From positions 45,900 to 109,899 of the forward strand of contig JBNGIO010006248.1 in the NCBI GenBank assembly GCA_049999805.1: a stretch of DNA of 64,000 bases. Direction: 5' to 3'. Positions 12,571-29,943 of the stretch are shown in pieces. The notes beneath the pieces are model-generated. The model was not told where the DNA came from. It ran no database searches and worked only from the letters and a program-made list of their open reading frames with translations. Origin of the DNA: Folioceros fuciformis (Eukaryota). Within the stretch, counting starts at the first letter, position 1. Each line of letters begins with the position of its first letter. A program made the translations under genes and the position numbers.

Positions 12571-13029
12571 GCTTTTGTGAGCACCCAAATCTGAGCTGAA
12601 AGACTTACAGCTACCTTTTCCCACTGTTCCAACCGGTGCCAACTACAAGGACCTTACCGGCGTCCCAAAAAACGAAACAATCCAATATAATCTGTTTCCC
12701 CGATGTTCACCCCATTCAACTCCTGCACCAAACCGGTTCTCAGAGACCAGGGACTCCAGCCTATGAAAACCACAAAACCACCCCGCCTAGGTCAACGTAC
12801 CATTCCAAGATTTCCATCCACACTCGCCCGACATCCCCAACCTTCCACCTCAACTTCACCTTCGGGCAAGTCGACGGAACCTGCTACATATCACCTGCTG
12901 ATAGCATGCACGATAGGGCATAGACGTGAACTCTACTATACATCACATCGCTTCACTCACCTAAAACAAGCGACAACCACAAACACCAAGAGAAAATCGC
13001 AAAGCACGGCAAATCACTCACTCACTCAC

Positions 13030-13410
13030 TCAATCGTCCGACAAGCTTGCAAGAATCATTCTGGCCTCGAACAGAATTTCACCAGCTTTCTCCAGCCAGA
13101 ACCTCCCCTGCGCGTCGGAAAACACAAGCCACTATCAAACGCCCTCCGGCAGCTTCAGATCCGCATCAAACGCGATGCAGAAATGGAGAAACGCCGGTGC
13201 TGCTAGCGAAAAATCCCCAACCTCGACCACGTTACGGGGCACGCCGTAGCCGTGACAATACATCTCTCCCACAAGCATCTGCATGGAAGAGTCACCTCCT
13301 TCTGCAGCCTTCAGCGTGGATTCGAAGAAGCGTCTGACGCAATCTGCCACCACAAGCCGCAGCGGCACGCGCTGCCCTGCCTCTTCTGCTTCTTTGCCCG
13401 TTGCAGCCAT
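13030..13410 (-). CDS. Small Sel1-like-repeat protein (plant conserved uncharacterised family), 2 exons
   Basis: VPLRLVVADCVRRFFESTLKAAEGGDSSMQMLVGEMYCHGYGVPRNVVE | GRFWLEKAGEILFEARMILASLSDD* follows the Sel1 pattern A..GD..Q..LG.MY..G.GV......WL.KA. Exon 2 is 13107-13030. Confidence 0.8.
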
Positions 13411-13610
13411 GGCCTTTGATGCTCATAAATCTAGCGATCGGCGAGGCGAAGGAGGCAATTGGTTTATATTCGTCTCCTGCTATCTATTCCGGCGCGCATA
13501 GCATACGTTAGGCTCTTTCCTGTTTCGTAAACATGTAGGCGATGACATACATACGTTATCGGAAACCATTCCTGTTTCGGGGATGTTCGTCGGATGTCTT
13601 TCTGATAAAC
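13411..13610. promoter_or_regulatory. Putative compact bidirectional promoter between the Sel1-like gene (-) and PCCA (+)
   Basis: Two start codons are head-to-head with only 200 bp between them. Inferred from geometry alone. Confidence 0.5.
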
Positions 13611-17861
<4,251 letters not shown>

Positions 17862-18052
17862 CCCGTCTCTGCAATAGAAGACTCAGTTGTCTTGGAAACG
17901 GAAAATGTAGCGGTCGGAACGAACCGAAATACTCCTGTTTAGTTGTATAAATTACTGGTCATACCTACTTTCTCCAAACAATTTGTCAAAAAGGTAGACA
18001 GTGAAGCCATGTACAAGACACGGAGTTGATCTATCAACGACTCTTTCCCTAT

Positions 18053-19045
18053 CTATCGATATTGCTTAGGCAATCGGTACCCAGTAATCACTTTCTTGTC
18101 CGTAAACATTCGGCCTGTGACAGGCATCACGTTCCAGTACAGGGTTAAGTTAAACTCCAAGCCTCGTAGATTGTTACCCTGTAAGCAAGGCAGATGACGT
18201 CCATCAGCTGAGAACTGCCTTCAACAACTCAACGTGGACAAAAGTATGAATGAATTAATCAATCAATCAAACCTGATCAACAAAAGGATATTTGGTCCTT
18301 GTTCGCCGCAAAATCTTGGCATCTTCTTTCTTCTCTACGATGGCGTCCCAGAGACTAATCTGAACACGGAAGGCGTAGGCATTTTCAGCACTCAACCAAG
18401 TCGACCATGCCCTCATGACTCCTACATTGAGTCAGCCTACCTGGTTGAAAGGATTATCTGGCGTCTCATACTCTGCAGCGAGAAAAACAAAGAGCTGAAA
18501 ACACACACAAACACTCAAACCCTTGAGATAAAACACTTGTTAGTTTTCCGCGACCGAACAAGATACAAGTACAGTACACGCAACCTGCTTCGTGTTCCAG
18601 GTGAAAACCGACTGCAGATCGGCTGAGATGCTCAGAATCAGCCTCGCCTGCAAGCTTACCAGCTCAGCATCCTTGCAATTCAAGAATAACCAGCACGAAG
18701 TTACATGTCACGTGAGAATGCCTCACCTCGTCATTCCCTCCTGGCAGTTTGAGAAAGGACTCAACCCCTAGTATCTGCAACAGCGATTCAGGCTAAATCG
18801 TGGGCAACTCCTGCACAACTACTGAGCTAAGGCTTCCCAATTGGCAAACTCAAAGCAGGCTTCAAAGCGCACACAATCCACACCAACGTTGCAATTGCAT
18901 CTGGTTCTGGTATGCGCACCTGCACTTCCGCCGAGGGTTCAGCACGATGAAACGAATCCGTCACCGAGGCGAGCGCGCAGAGAATGGCAAGAATCGTGAT
19001 GCCGAACGTGACTACCGCATTGGCTCTGAACAACAGGGAATGCAT
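18053..19045 (-). CDS. SPCS3: Signal peptidase complex subunit 3 (SPC22/23), 6 exons
   Basis: [71 protein letters not shown]; stop 18053-18055. Confidence 0.93.
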
Positions 19046-19332
19046 CTTGCCAACGGAGACCGCAGCACCCGCTGTTGCCTCTTCATGCCATTATAGGGGC
19101 CTCAACGCCCCTTTAATGTTTCGATTAACAGCTAAACTAGTTTCAGGCAAGGGTAGGTCAACTAGCCTCCAAATCACGGGCCGGGCTTGATGGGATCAGG
19201 TTGCACCCAGACCTTCTGCTTGGAGCCGGTTCCTCGGTCTGTACCAGAATGCGGCAAGGCAGGCGGCGGAGGTTTTGGCATCTCGAATGCAGTCGGTCGC
19301 TTTGCGTTTAACATCTGGCTGATCGGCGCAGA

Positions 19333-19924
19333 ATGAAAGGATGTACGCTGACTCCGGATCACCGGAAGGAATTGAAGCAATTGAATAGCGAATTGATGCT
19401 CAACATGCTGGAGCTGGCGGAGATTCTGGTTAAGAGACCGTCGCAGTATGCACGGAGGGTGGAAGATATGTCCTTGTTTCTGAGGAACATGAATCATCTT
19501 TTGAACTCCCTGCGGCCGCATCAGGTGTGTACTTTTGTCGACGGTGGATACCTGGATGCCTTGTTTGTGTGCGTCTGAGGAAAGCGCAAAGTGATCCAAA
19601 CTTGGGATCTGGCCAGGCACGATCTACCATGATTCAGATGCTGGAGTCACAGATAAAGCGTCGGAAGGAAGCTGTAGAGGATATTCGTAGGTAATGGACT
19701 TGATTGTTGTTGTTGTTGTTTTTCTTTTTTGGGAAGGAAATGGAAGAACAGTCTTAGCAAACTGGAGTATTTTCAGGAGAAGGCAGGAGACTCGGTTGTT
19801 GCTGCAAGAGTCGGAGTCCATGATTCGAGGTTATGTGGACGACAAACAGATCACTGTGGCTTCCTTGCCTGTGCCGATGGACTTCAGCACGAACAAGAGG
19901 GGGGGATCGGGGGCACACGTTTGA
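19333..19924 (+). CDS. MED7: Mediator subunit 7 (C-terminal helical part; N-terminus short or unresolved), 3 exons
   Basis: DHRKELKQLN.EL..NMLELAEILVKRPSQYARRVED...NMNHLLNSLRPHQ|ARSTMIQMLESQIKRRKEAVEDIRR contains the MED7 signature LN..RPHQAR. Confidence 0.82.
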
Positions 19925-20149
19925 AACGTCTTAGACGGTCTGTGTTTTGGCCGAGGAAAAAAAAATGTTGTTGGAGCGCTCGGCTAGACGAAGTCTCGAT
20001 TGCGTTTTAGGGTGTTTGTAGTTTAGGGTCTAGGTTGTGTCGTCGATCTTTATTAGTGTGAAGTGGAGGTGTCTGGAGAAGCCCTAACAATTGTAGGGCC
20101 CTGCTTGTTGTCGCGACTGGCATGAGGTGGTCTGGGGTCTTTTGTCGCT

Positions 20150-21466
20150 ATGTCGGATGAGGTACAGAGTCGGAAGAGGCGGAAGACCCAGCCGCCAAGA
20201 CGATCTATATGCACGGACCAGCAGGAGGGGTGTTTGCTGCTCAGCACACTGCCGGAAGATTTGGTGACGGTCGTGTTGTCTAGACTGGCTTTTCACGACC
20301 GTGTTCGGTGCCGCTCCGTCTGCCGCAAATGGAATACGCTAATCAGCAGTCCAACATTCAAGACCCTGTGTGCGCATTTGCCTATGGCGGCCGGGGATAT
20401 TCATTTCCCTGTAATCGGCAAGGGCAGGGTTTGGTTTGGATTCGACATGGTTTGGCAGAAGTGGAGGAGGATGCCGTCCCTGACCTTCCTTCCTGTGGAC
20501 CCTTGCCAACTGGGAAAGCAGGGTTTCTGCATCTTGTCCAGCCACAGGGGCCTGCTATGCGTGCGTCATGTGCAGGGGAGGGATAAGCAGTCCATTTTTG
20601 TCTGCAATCCGATGACGAAAACCTACAAGGCGCTGCCGGCAATGCAGGGATGCAGGCGTCCCGGGGCTGTGCACCTCCAGGTCGCTGAGGATGGCAAGTC
20701 CTACAGCTTGGTTGCGGTCACTTGCGGCCAGCACACGAGCGCGCCGATGCCAGACGCAGGTATGTACGCGCTGTCCATCCGCTTCAGAGGCTTGGGCAGA
20801 ATTCGATTTTCGGGGAATAGGTAGGTTGTGATGGTGTCTGAAGCTCAGGGTTGTGTGGCAGACTATGGGCTAGCTAGGGTGGAAGTTTATGACTCAATTT
20901 CCGGCATATGGACTTTACTTCCCAGCAGCGGAATGCCAACACCGGGCATGCTGTCTGCGAACCCGGCGCAGAGCGTGTTGCATAATGGGTTCGTGTACTT
21001 CTTGGCATACCATCGCATCAACGAGCGTTGGAGCCAGACCTGTCTCGTAGGATACCACCCTGGCCGGCGCTCCTGGACTAGACCTTGTGTTGTGCCGGAC
21101 TCTTGTAACGGGCCGCTGCTGTTGGTGTGCGGTGGAGAGGTGATGCTACTGCAGGCGAACAAGCTGCACATCGGGCAACCCTTGGACATATACCGACTTG
21201 AAGAGAAAGCGGGCAGATGGACTTTGGAGACTAAAACACCAACTCTTCATACACCCGGTTGTCCACTAAGCGAGTGGGACAGATTCAGCGTGGTTGCGCA
21301 TGAGCACTTTATCTGCCTCACTACTCTCACGTCCAGGCAAGTGGTGGTATATGATTCTCGTAGCAGATTATGGGAGAGTTGGCCCAAGTTCCCATGCACT
21401 TGGACGTCTGGCTTCTACAATCCTCCGTCTATGACATACGAGTATGGTGCTACCACGAGAGTCTGA
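20150..21466 (+). CDS. F-box protein with kelch-like/F-box-associated beta-propeller, 2 exons (intron about 20760-20861)
   Basis: F-box LPEDLVTVVLSRL...RCRSVCRKWNTLI, followed by SSHRGLLC, VCNPMTKTYKALP and EVYDSISGIW. Confidence 0.88.
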
Positions 21467-21789
21467 TATCAGAGGGTACTATTCTGGATATGCTCTCAAT
21501 TTTTTCTGTACATAGTGGTGCAGCTGAATGTATTTGGGCGTGTGGGAGTAAAGCGCTATCACAATGGAGGGAGACGCCCTCTCTGGCCGAGTGCGTCCTA
21601 GCCTTTGTATCTGCTGCATCCAGACTTCTATCACCTCCTCCAGACAAAGATGTGCAGACTTAATGACAAAAAATGGTGCTCACGCTGTGCGTGGCCCGAA
21701 CAGTTACTTGTACTCAGGCACCACAAGACCTAACTCGTGACGCCGGGTTTAAGGCCTAAATCAGATATTACCATAGCTTTACCTCGTCT

Positions 21790-23209
21790 CTAGTAATATA
21801 TGGTCCGGGTGCGATGATGCGGAGGCATGTCTTCTGTTGTCTCTAATATTCCGGAGGACCAAAGCCACCAGTCGAGGTGTACGCTGAGAACCTGCGCAGA
21901 CAGTCTGTGAGCACAAAATAAATAACGACAAAGGCGACTACGGGCCACACCGACTTGCTCCCACCTCTTTCCTGGCTCTGGCTCGGAGTTGCTCCCGAAG
22001 CTTTTCGACAGCTGTAATGGTGCACGCACGAATTTCCACCTCCTCCTCCGAGCCCGAGGCGATTTCTTGCTGCTCATCCACTGTCCTGGCAAGTGATGAG
22101 CTGAAGGTGAGTACTCCCCAATGCCTTAGAACAGCGGGCACCACGTAGTCAGCAAACATAGTTATCGATGCCATGTCTTCGAATCGGCCGAGGTCCTCTC
22201 CGTTGAAAGCACCCCACACATCGGCGACAAAAATTTGGGCCCTTTTGTACAGAAAGATCTGATGTCCCTTGTAAACGCAGTGGTCTCTGAAACCTGCGTA
22301 AGCGGCAAGCGGCAACGTCAGCGTGTCCCGCAGATCCATAGGCAGGGTGCGACTCAGATTAAATGCCTCGTACCAGGAAAGTGCTGCGTGACAAGATGAA
22401 CGAGTGTCACCGCAGATTGTTTGGCAGCAGCCACAAGGTTAGCTGCTTGGCCGTTGAAGCTCATTTCTAGTTCTGCTCCCAGCTGTCACAGATAAACATC
22501 AGAGTGAGCGATTGTTGTTGCAAGCACAAGGTAAGACAGAAGTTGCGAGCAAAAAGTGAGTAAGACGTTGTGTCTTCACCTCATTCAGAAGGCGAGCCCG
22601 CTCGTCTTCTAGAGGAAGGGGGCGAGGCCACTGAATCAACTCTCGCAACTTAGGACCTGCAGAACAACTGTCAAAACCCTCGGAAGTCGCGCAGCATGAT
22701 ACGAAGTTGACTGATACGGAGCTCACCGGTATAAGCTTGCAAAACACCAGCCTCCAACACAGTGGGGTCGTTCTTCAAGGCATTGGTTAATCCAGCAGCA
22801 AGATGGTCGTATTGCAAATCGGGATCTGAAACCGAAAAATGACCTTACGGATGACGTGAAAAGCATTCGCACAGCTGCTGCATCGATGGACTGGGAGACG
22901 TGAAGTACCAGGCCAAAAGCAGAAGTTGAGAGCATCAAGCACCAGCAAGTACTGCGCGGTAAGCGGGCCTCCATCAAAATAGTGGATGCCTTCGAAGTCC
23001 CACTTCACATTGGGAACTTGATAACCAATATGCTCTGCAATCTTCTCAATCCCTGCGAGCAACAGCATTCCCGCTTCAGTGGCCTTCCTACACGGAAAAG
23101 TGCACTTGCTGCTTGCAGTGTAACACTTCATACCCTCAAGATTGATGGAGACATGTGATGCATGGCTGGCAACCCATTCCGAAGTTGCACGGACAACGTC
23201 CACACCCAT
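21790..23209 (-). CDS. QNG1: Queuosine 5'-phosphate N-glycosylase/hydrolase (queuosine salvage, DUF2419), multi-exon
   Basis: YLLVLDALNFCFWP, LPLEDERARLLNE, FPGFRDH..YKGHQIFLYKRAQIFVADVW, ITMFADYVVPAVL, EEVEIRAC and LDWWLW..PHHRTRTIYY*. Confidence 0.92.
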
Positions 23210-24013
23210 GACGCCAGGTCGAATTGGATTCACCTTCTGAAACAACATTGTGAGGAACATACGTGAGATGAACTCAGCATTTCGTTTACTCTCCACGTAC
23301 TCCCCATAGCATGTTGTAATTGCGTGACAACTTAAGAAACCATGGAGAACATTGCGGTAGACTTTTCAGGAGATTCCTACAATAAAATACCCAGCAGTTA
23401 AGTCGCCACCTCTGTGGATAACATCCGAAAGAAGCTCTCCCCTTTAGCGTCTTGCCTCTGCAACTGCAAAGAAGGGACGTAGTTGCAAGTCCAGACAGAA
23501 AACCAAAACAAACATGAACAGACTATGGTTTGGTTTCCAGGGCTAAGTCTCGTATCCCCGATTTCTTTCCCCCACGGCGAGCACAGAAAACATGCTGCAG
23601 CTTTTCGCAAGAAACCACGAAACAGACTGCACCACAAGCGGCCCCGCACCTTCCACCGCGCCACTCACAACGCAGATGCCGCCGCACTCGGCAGAATCCG
23701 AGTGGAGCCGTTTCTTTGGAAAAAAAACGTGTATCGGCTCAGACAGGAAAAGGTTCGGTACCTGGTACGGACCAGCGCACGTTTTCGGTGGAGGAGAATG
23801 TTGGGGACCAGGGAACAGACAGTCCTTAAGTTGTGAGGACCGAGAAAAGGGCGCAACATCCAGCAGTACAGGCTCTTGGGCTTCCTCGTTTGTACAGATG
23901 TACTGTACATAGGAAAGGGATGCTATCTTGAAGAAGAAGACGATGCTTTAGAAGGCGAGGAAAGATACCGCTTAAATTAGATGTAGACGAAAGGTATGAC
24001 GTACACAATGTGC

Positions 24014-26137
24014 TCATTTCTCCCACACTGCATAACTTTCTCCAGAAGTTGCTACTTTCCACTCAGCTCCAGGACTCCAGCTGCCCTCCCCTAGTTTCAT
24101 GCACAGGTTACCTCCTATTGCTGCTGCATAGAGCTCAGCATTTGCTTCGTAAATTACAACTGGGGACCTGCTATGGATGTCACACCGTCTTCTAACAGAG
24201 ATCTGCACACCGTGTGTTGAAGCAACAGTGAGTGTAAACAAGGATGGTACATTCGGAATGAGAAAAGGAGGGCCAAGAAAGCTGGGTACCAGAGTTCCAA
24301 TGGCCGTGCAAATCTCGTTACCCCACAGGAAGATGTGATCATAGAAAACAGTAGGTTGTCCTGGATGTGTCAATATGTAGGCGTAACCCTGCAGATGTAA
24401 GACAGAAGACCAACGATGGAGAAGGCTGCTTGACATTAAAACAGACTGTTCGAGAGGAGGGAGAGGACCAAACCTGCATAACATGTTCACTCGGGAATGG
24501 CCAGTGGGCCTGTGACAGAGAGAACGATAAGGTGAATAACAGGGTGGCTTGTTTATAAGCAAGGGGGGAGGGGGGCCAAGTTTACGGAGGTAAACACATA
24601 ACCTGAGAGGAGCCTGTGTCGTGATTGTCTACAAATGTTACAGCTCTGGAGGGCCACATACCCAGAACACCAGATGGGCGACTTTTACTGTCTCGAAGTC
24701 GCCACCATTCCTTCTTGGCCACAGCTTCCTGGACAAACTTGGAGCAGTTAGCAACTTGCCTCAGAACTGATGAGAACGTAACATTCATACTCCTGCTCAT
24801 ACCTGCAGAATAGCTTTTGTCGTGAAATCAAAGGCTGAAGCTAGGCCACCAGTGCCATCTATCCAGTCAACAATTCTCTGCCGATGGCTGTCTGTCACCG
24901 TCATCACACTTCAGCAGATATGTCAGCGGCAAATATAAGTCGCACGTTGTTCGTGAGGTAAAGAGCTAGACCTGTTTGACACATCATTGGAGAGAGTGCT
25001 CAACCGAATGGCACTGTACCTTGATCAGCATCGAGTACAAACTCCGGGCCAATATAGCTACACGAATCCCAGTACTCCCCAACAGAAAACTGTGGATTTG
25101 AAGCCTCGATATACCCCTTGACATACCCTGGACTGTACCTGCTGGCCGCCAATCGGAAATCACGGACAAGCCCCGAGGTTCCAGAACATGCAAAACCACA
25201 TATGGTGCTTACCCTTTGGCATAGTCAAACCGGAAAGAGTCGTATCCTACATCCTTGATTAGCCATCGGAGCCATCCTCCAAGGTCATCCCGAACAAACT
25301 TCTGAGTGTGATCGATATTGGGAACTCCTTCAAAAACCACCCCGGTGCTGGGATTACCCTGTTCGTTGAAATACACCCGGATATAAGGCATATACAAAAG
25401 GAAAAGCCTTTCAGCACCATGGAACATGTTTTCGAGAACCCACCAGCCCACCAGTGTCACTTGTTACAGCATGCTCATCCCAAGGTAAAGACATTCCATC
25501 ATATCTATTGTAAATACCCCCGACACCTTGTGTGCTCCCAATACGATGATTGATCACTATGTCTGCTATGGCGTGGACACCATGCTCTTTCATTCTCTGC
25601 AGCAAACTCCTCAGCTCGATTTCAGTGCCATACGCTGAGTTCAGAGCGTAAAAATCTCGAGGGAGGTAACCTAGTCATGTGACGGGAGCAAAAGATTACC
25701 AAGCTGTGAATCAGATATAGGAGCCAACTTGAAACCCTGTAAACCCACCTTCTGGAGCGAAGGATTCAGAGCTAGGCGGAAGCCACATGGAAGTAAAACC
25801 CATAGCAGCAAGCCGTGGGATTTCCTCCGACAGATGCACCCACCAGGCCTTGTTATGAGACTCCCAGTTGAAGCCCTGTCCGACAGATAGGTCGATTAAC
25901 AGTTCCAGACACAAAAATTAAATATGTAGACATTATTCTCCCTGATCCTTAACCTACGTACCTGCAAAATGACTTCCCTTCCCCTAGATGTAATTGTTTC
26001 TCCTGATGCAAAGCTCCAGATCCGTCAGCTCAACCTCTTGCAGCAAAATACGGGATATCAAAGAAGCACGGATAGCCAGACATTCGCTTCACTTTCACCT
26101 GATGGCAAAGTTTTCTCTTCATCGTTTCCTGATGTGG
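24014..26137 (-). CDS. AMY2: Alpha-amylase, GH13 plant AMY2-like (5' end unresolved)
   Basis: [70 protein letters not shown] and C-terminal YAVWEK*. The start codon was not identified with confidence. Confidence 0.88.
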
Positions 26138-27934
26138 CCTATGATTGACACAAATCCAAAAGTCCACCGTTTAGAGACAGGACCTCCACACCAAACCAAT
26201 AGAAGTACTGATCACGTAACCACTGTATGCAGTTTAGAAAGCACAACCAGATTCTCGTTGTTTCCCTCAGGTGTTCGAGAGCTCAAAGCTTCTACCTATC
26301 GACACCGAGAATTACCGATTAGCTTCATCATCCGGAGCCTCAAATGGAGATCCAGAATTGAACCGAAAACGTCTCCGAAAAATTAGCCTAAACCCCTCAA
26401 TCTCTCAGGACGCAACCAGCTTGGCCATAGTGTTCGAGGGGATTGCCTGCAGCGAAGACTCAGAAGTAGGAAGAATTTCTCCTAGACTAGCCCCCTCCGG
26501 GTGATCACCCTGCTGCGTGCTCTCTGCTGCACCATCGTGCTGAGGCACATAGATGTGATGTAAGCTCAATTTGAGCATGCGCTCTTCGGAAAAGGCCGAT
26601 CTGTGCAGGAAGGGAAAGCTCACAGCTGTACAACCTCATTGCCACACTTCATAGCAGAGAAGAAATGCATCAGCACATCGCCTATCCAAATTGCAATGAT
26701 TGCAGGTGGTCCGACTTACCTGCAGACACAGCCAGCAGATCGAAGCTCCATTGCAGCGGAACTCAAGATCGTGGACATCGTACGCGCGGGGGGTACACAC
26801 AAACAACCTCGGGTAACCTTCTAGCAAGCATTCTAATATAAAAGTTCCCCGGCTTAAAGGCTACTAAGTTGTTGGTTACGACGTGTGGCAATTTGATGCC
26901 GTAGGTGGGAAAGACGCGTGCACGTCCAGGAATAGATTCCAATTGATTCCATTATAAGCTCGACGAGAAAGTAGGTACATCGGCGAGGCTGCCATCCTCG
27001 AAGTTTAACGAGGACAGCATGACAGCATTTAACAACTTCGAAATTGTCCAGAAACACTGCGGGAGATTTCACTTCTCGTGGAGTCGGCACTCCAGCTGAA
27101 TCTGGGAGCACCAAGCAGGACCTAGGAGCCCTACTACCTTCAACATGACCCGACGAACTCATCAGATGACATCGACTTTCCATGTGCATATGCTATGAGC
27201 CCTGCTTCCAAACACAGTTCAAATGTGTCAACTCTTGGGGACTAGAAGTGTCGGCTCTCACTCAATACAGCTGCGATCTAAGAAGGCGGATAAAATACAA
27301 TCAGCAGACATAACCTACCACAATAACCCTTACATTTTCAGACGTAATCGGGAATGGGAGGGGAGTCCATCATCCGTCTGCAAGGAACCTTTGCAACTTA
27401 CCTTGCCTCGATGCAATGAAGGACCGTCAAGCCAATGACATTCCACCAGCTGTGCAGTAATGCGCATACTTGACTCCTTCACATACTGACTCTGCTTCCA
27501 CTTTGTCGTTACCAGTGTCAGAGATAGACGCCTCCCTGGGCAGAGGATTGCGAGCCTTTCCAACTTGAGATAATACCAGGTTAAAAGCCTCCACACCCAG
27601 GCCATCCAAGTCCGCCCTGATGTAAAAGCCAATTAACTCCTGGGCAACCCACGGGCCTCAGAGAGAAATTGCAACATGATGGAACAGCAGCACCTGCTGC
27701 ACCAACTAACGCATGACCAGCCAAGCTCGCATTCCTAGAATGGCGTAACAGCGGCTTCATGTTACCTCTCCGCCCATGCAGGCAATGAGCTGTAAAATGA
27801 GCCGAATTTCCACATGAACCTGTAACGTAACACAGTAACACCCGCAATCACGAGAAAGTTGCTGGAATCTTGCATTTTTAGCAGAATCATACAGGAGATT
27901 TCGCGAAAAGGTCCTTCTCCTCCTGCAAGGGGGG

Positions 27935-29337
27935 CTAGCGGGTTTCTTCCCAATCCTTCATTTTTTTACTTCCTGCAGGCTTAGCAATCGGTCGATTCAT
28001 CCCAGCCATCTTGCTGTTATACTTTGCCCGGAGAGGATCATTATACGTCCACCTGCCACAACATCAGAGATAACGTGAGAAATTCCAGACTCTGCACAGA
28101 CATGCCAAGTAAGGAAAAAAGGGAAGAAGGCAAAAACTCACGGGTTGTCCCACTCAGTCGTATCTTCTGCGACAAGATGTGTCCACTTGGTGCGACCACT
28201 GCGTCCAAAGTGCTTAACCTGCATAACCTTGGGCAAGATTGTCTTGTCCATTTTATCTTCACCCGTAGGTGCAGAGAAATCTCTCTTGAAAATTTGATCC
28301 GTTGACACAGTTCCTGCTCTATCATCTGAAGCTGACTGGAAGAAAGGTCCCCTGTGATAGTACTTCTGCATAAATTTCCATTTCTTCTTGGTCACAACCG
28401 TCGGCTTAGGATTCTTCCTCGCCCACTCCCTGCGCTCCTCATCCGTCATATTCCTCAACTTCTCGATCTCTTCTTTCTCTTTCACCATCACCTCCCTGTT
28501 CTCTCTATCTCGTTTGATTCTCGCAATCTCCCTGGCCTTCCAGGCTTCGTATTCTTCAGCCTCGTTAGTCTCATCGTCCGTGTCAACATCCCCGGCGTTC
28601 TGTTCTGCCTGCCTATTCTTCTCCGCCTCCTCTTCCTTACGTATCTCCTCCACCAGCAACTGCTTGGTTTCCGCCTTCCTCTCGTCCAGCTTCTTTTTCA
28701 TTGCCTCATGAAACGCAGCTTCCTCCGCAGCCAGCTTCTCCCTCTCAGCAATGGTCTCCCTCTCAGCTTTCGGCACAAACACCGGCTTCACCATAGCCAT
28801 ACCTCCGTACTCTTCCTCCGATCCAGTCTCGTACTCCGACTCCTCCTCATCCTCATCCTCCTCCTCCTCATCTTCCTCCTCAATTGCGGCTTCTTCCTCC
28901 TTCTGTCGTTGTAGCAGCTTTTCCCTGATGCGCCGTCTTCTTGCCTCGATCGCGTCCTCATCTTCCTCCTCCTCCAATTCAGCCGCCTCCGCCGCCTTTG
29001 CCTCCTCCTCCTTCGTAGACACTAGCTCCGCCTGCCGAATTTGGCGATGACTAGCAATCACCTCCTCCCGATCCCGAACCCTCTGGGCCAGGCGTCGAAG
29101 CCTTGGATCATCCTTAGCAGGAAACTCGGCATCCTCCTTAGGAAAGGCCCGCGCAAGCGTTTCCCGCAGACTGTGCACAGATCGGGGTCCTTTAGCCTCA
29201 GCTTCGTCCTCCACACCCTCCGCCCACTCGGGAGCTTTCCCTGGCCAGTATCTCTTCACCTTGGTCTGCCCGATCTTGCCCCGCAGCTTGTCGCGCACCG
29301 CGATGGCGGCATCGCTCACTCCCGCCGCCACAGACAT
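27935..29337 (-). CDS. MFAP1: Microfibrillar-associated protein 1 (spliceosomal B-complex, Spp381 homologue), 2 exons
   Basis: KVKRYWPGKAPEWA, acidic and coiled-coil tracts, EYEAWKAREIARIKRDRE, KFMQKYYHRGPFF and MQVKHFGRSGRTKWTHL. Exon 2 reads WTYNDPLRAKY...KDWEETR*. Confidence 0.95.
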
Positions 29338-29943
29338 CGTCCCTGATTCTCTTCAGGACTCGCCGCTGTTTTCCTTCAGCGCCGTCCAGCGCGAGCTCGA
29401 AGATAACATTTACAACGCCCTAAAACGACTCGCGAATTCGAACCCATGCCAAGACACCCCGCATGACTGTGACTGCATCAACTGCTACAAGTGGGCCTTC
29501 CCCGATTTGGATCCCTCCTGGAACCCCTGGCGCTATTCGTCACTACGAAGTTATTGTATTGTAGGCACGAAACCCGAAGCGCAAGGTCGACATTTTCTTC
29601 ACATCCCCTTGTTATATCACATTAGCGACGGTGATGTCTTTGGTTTAGGGTGGGCTGGCCGTCATGCGTCCCCCTGTCATAATCTGAACTACAGATTATG
29701 ACCTGGGTTCCAAAGGGTAGGGCGGGGACCTAAGTAAAGCCACCGCCTTTGTTACAACTCCTGATGCCGTGAAGGTGGATTGCCAGTACAAATCGATCAA
29801 CATTAGTTTGTACCGCCCAAGGGGACGCCGAACAGTGAGCGGATGCTCCGAAAACATGTATATTACCCCTCTTCTTCAAGAGACTCAATACATTCAGCAG
29901 GCGTCTCAATGCACGCCCTGCCCTCTATCGCGGTCCACTTGAC

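Noticed and set aside
28354-29346. Plus-strand Leu/Ser-rich ORFs
   Set aside because: Antisense shadows of the Glu/Lys-rich MFAP1 CDS.
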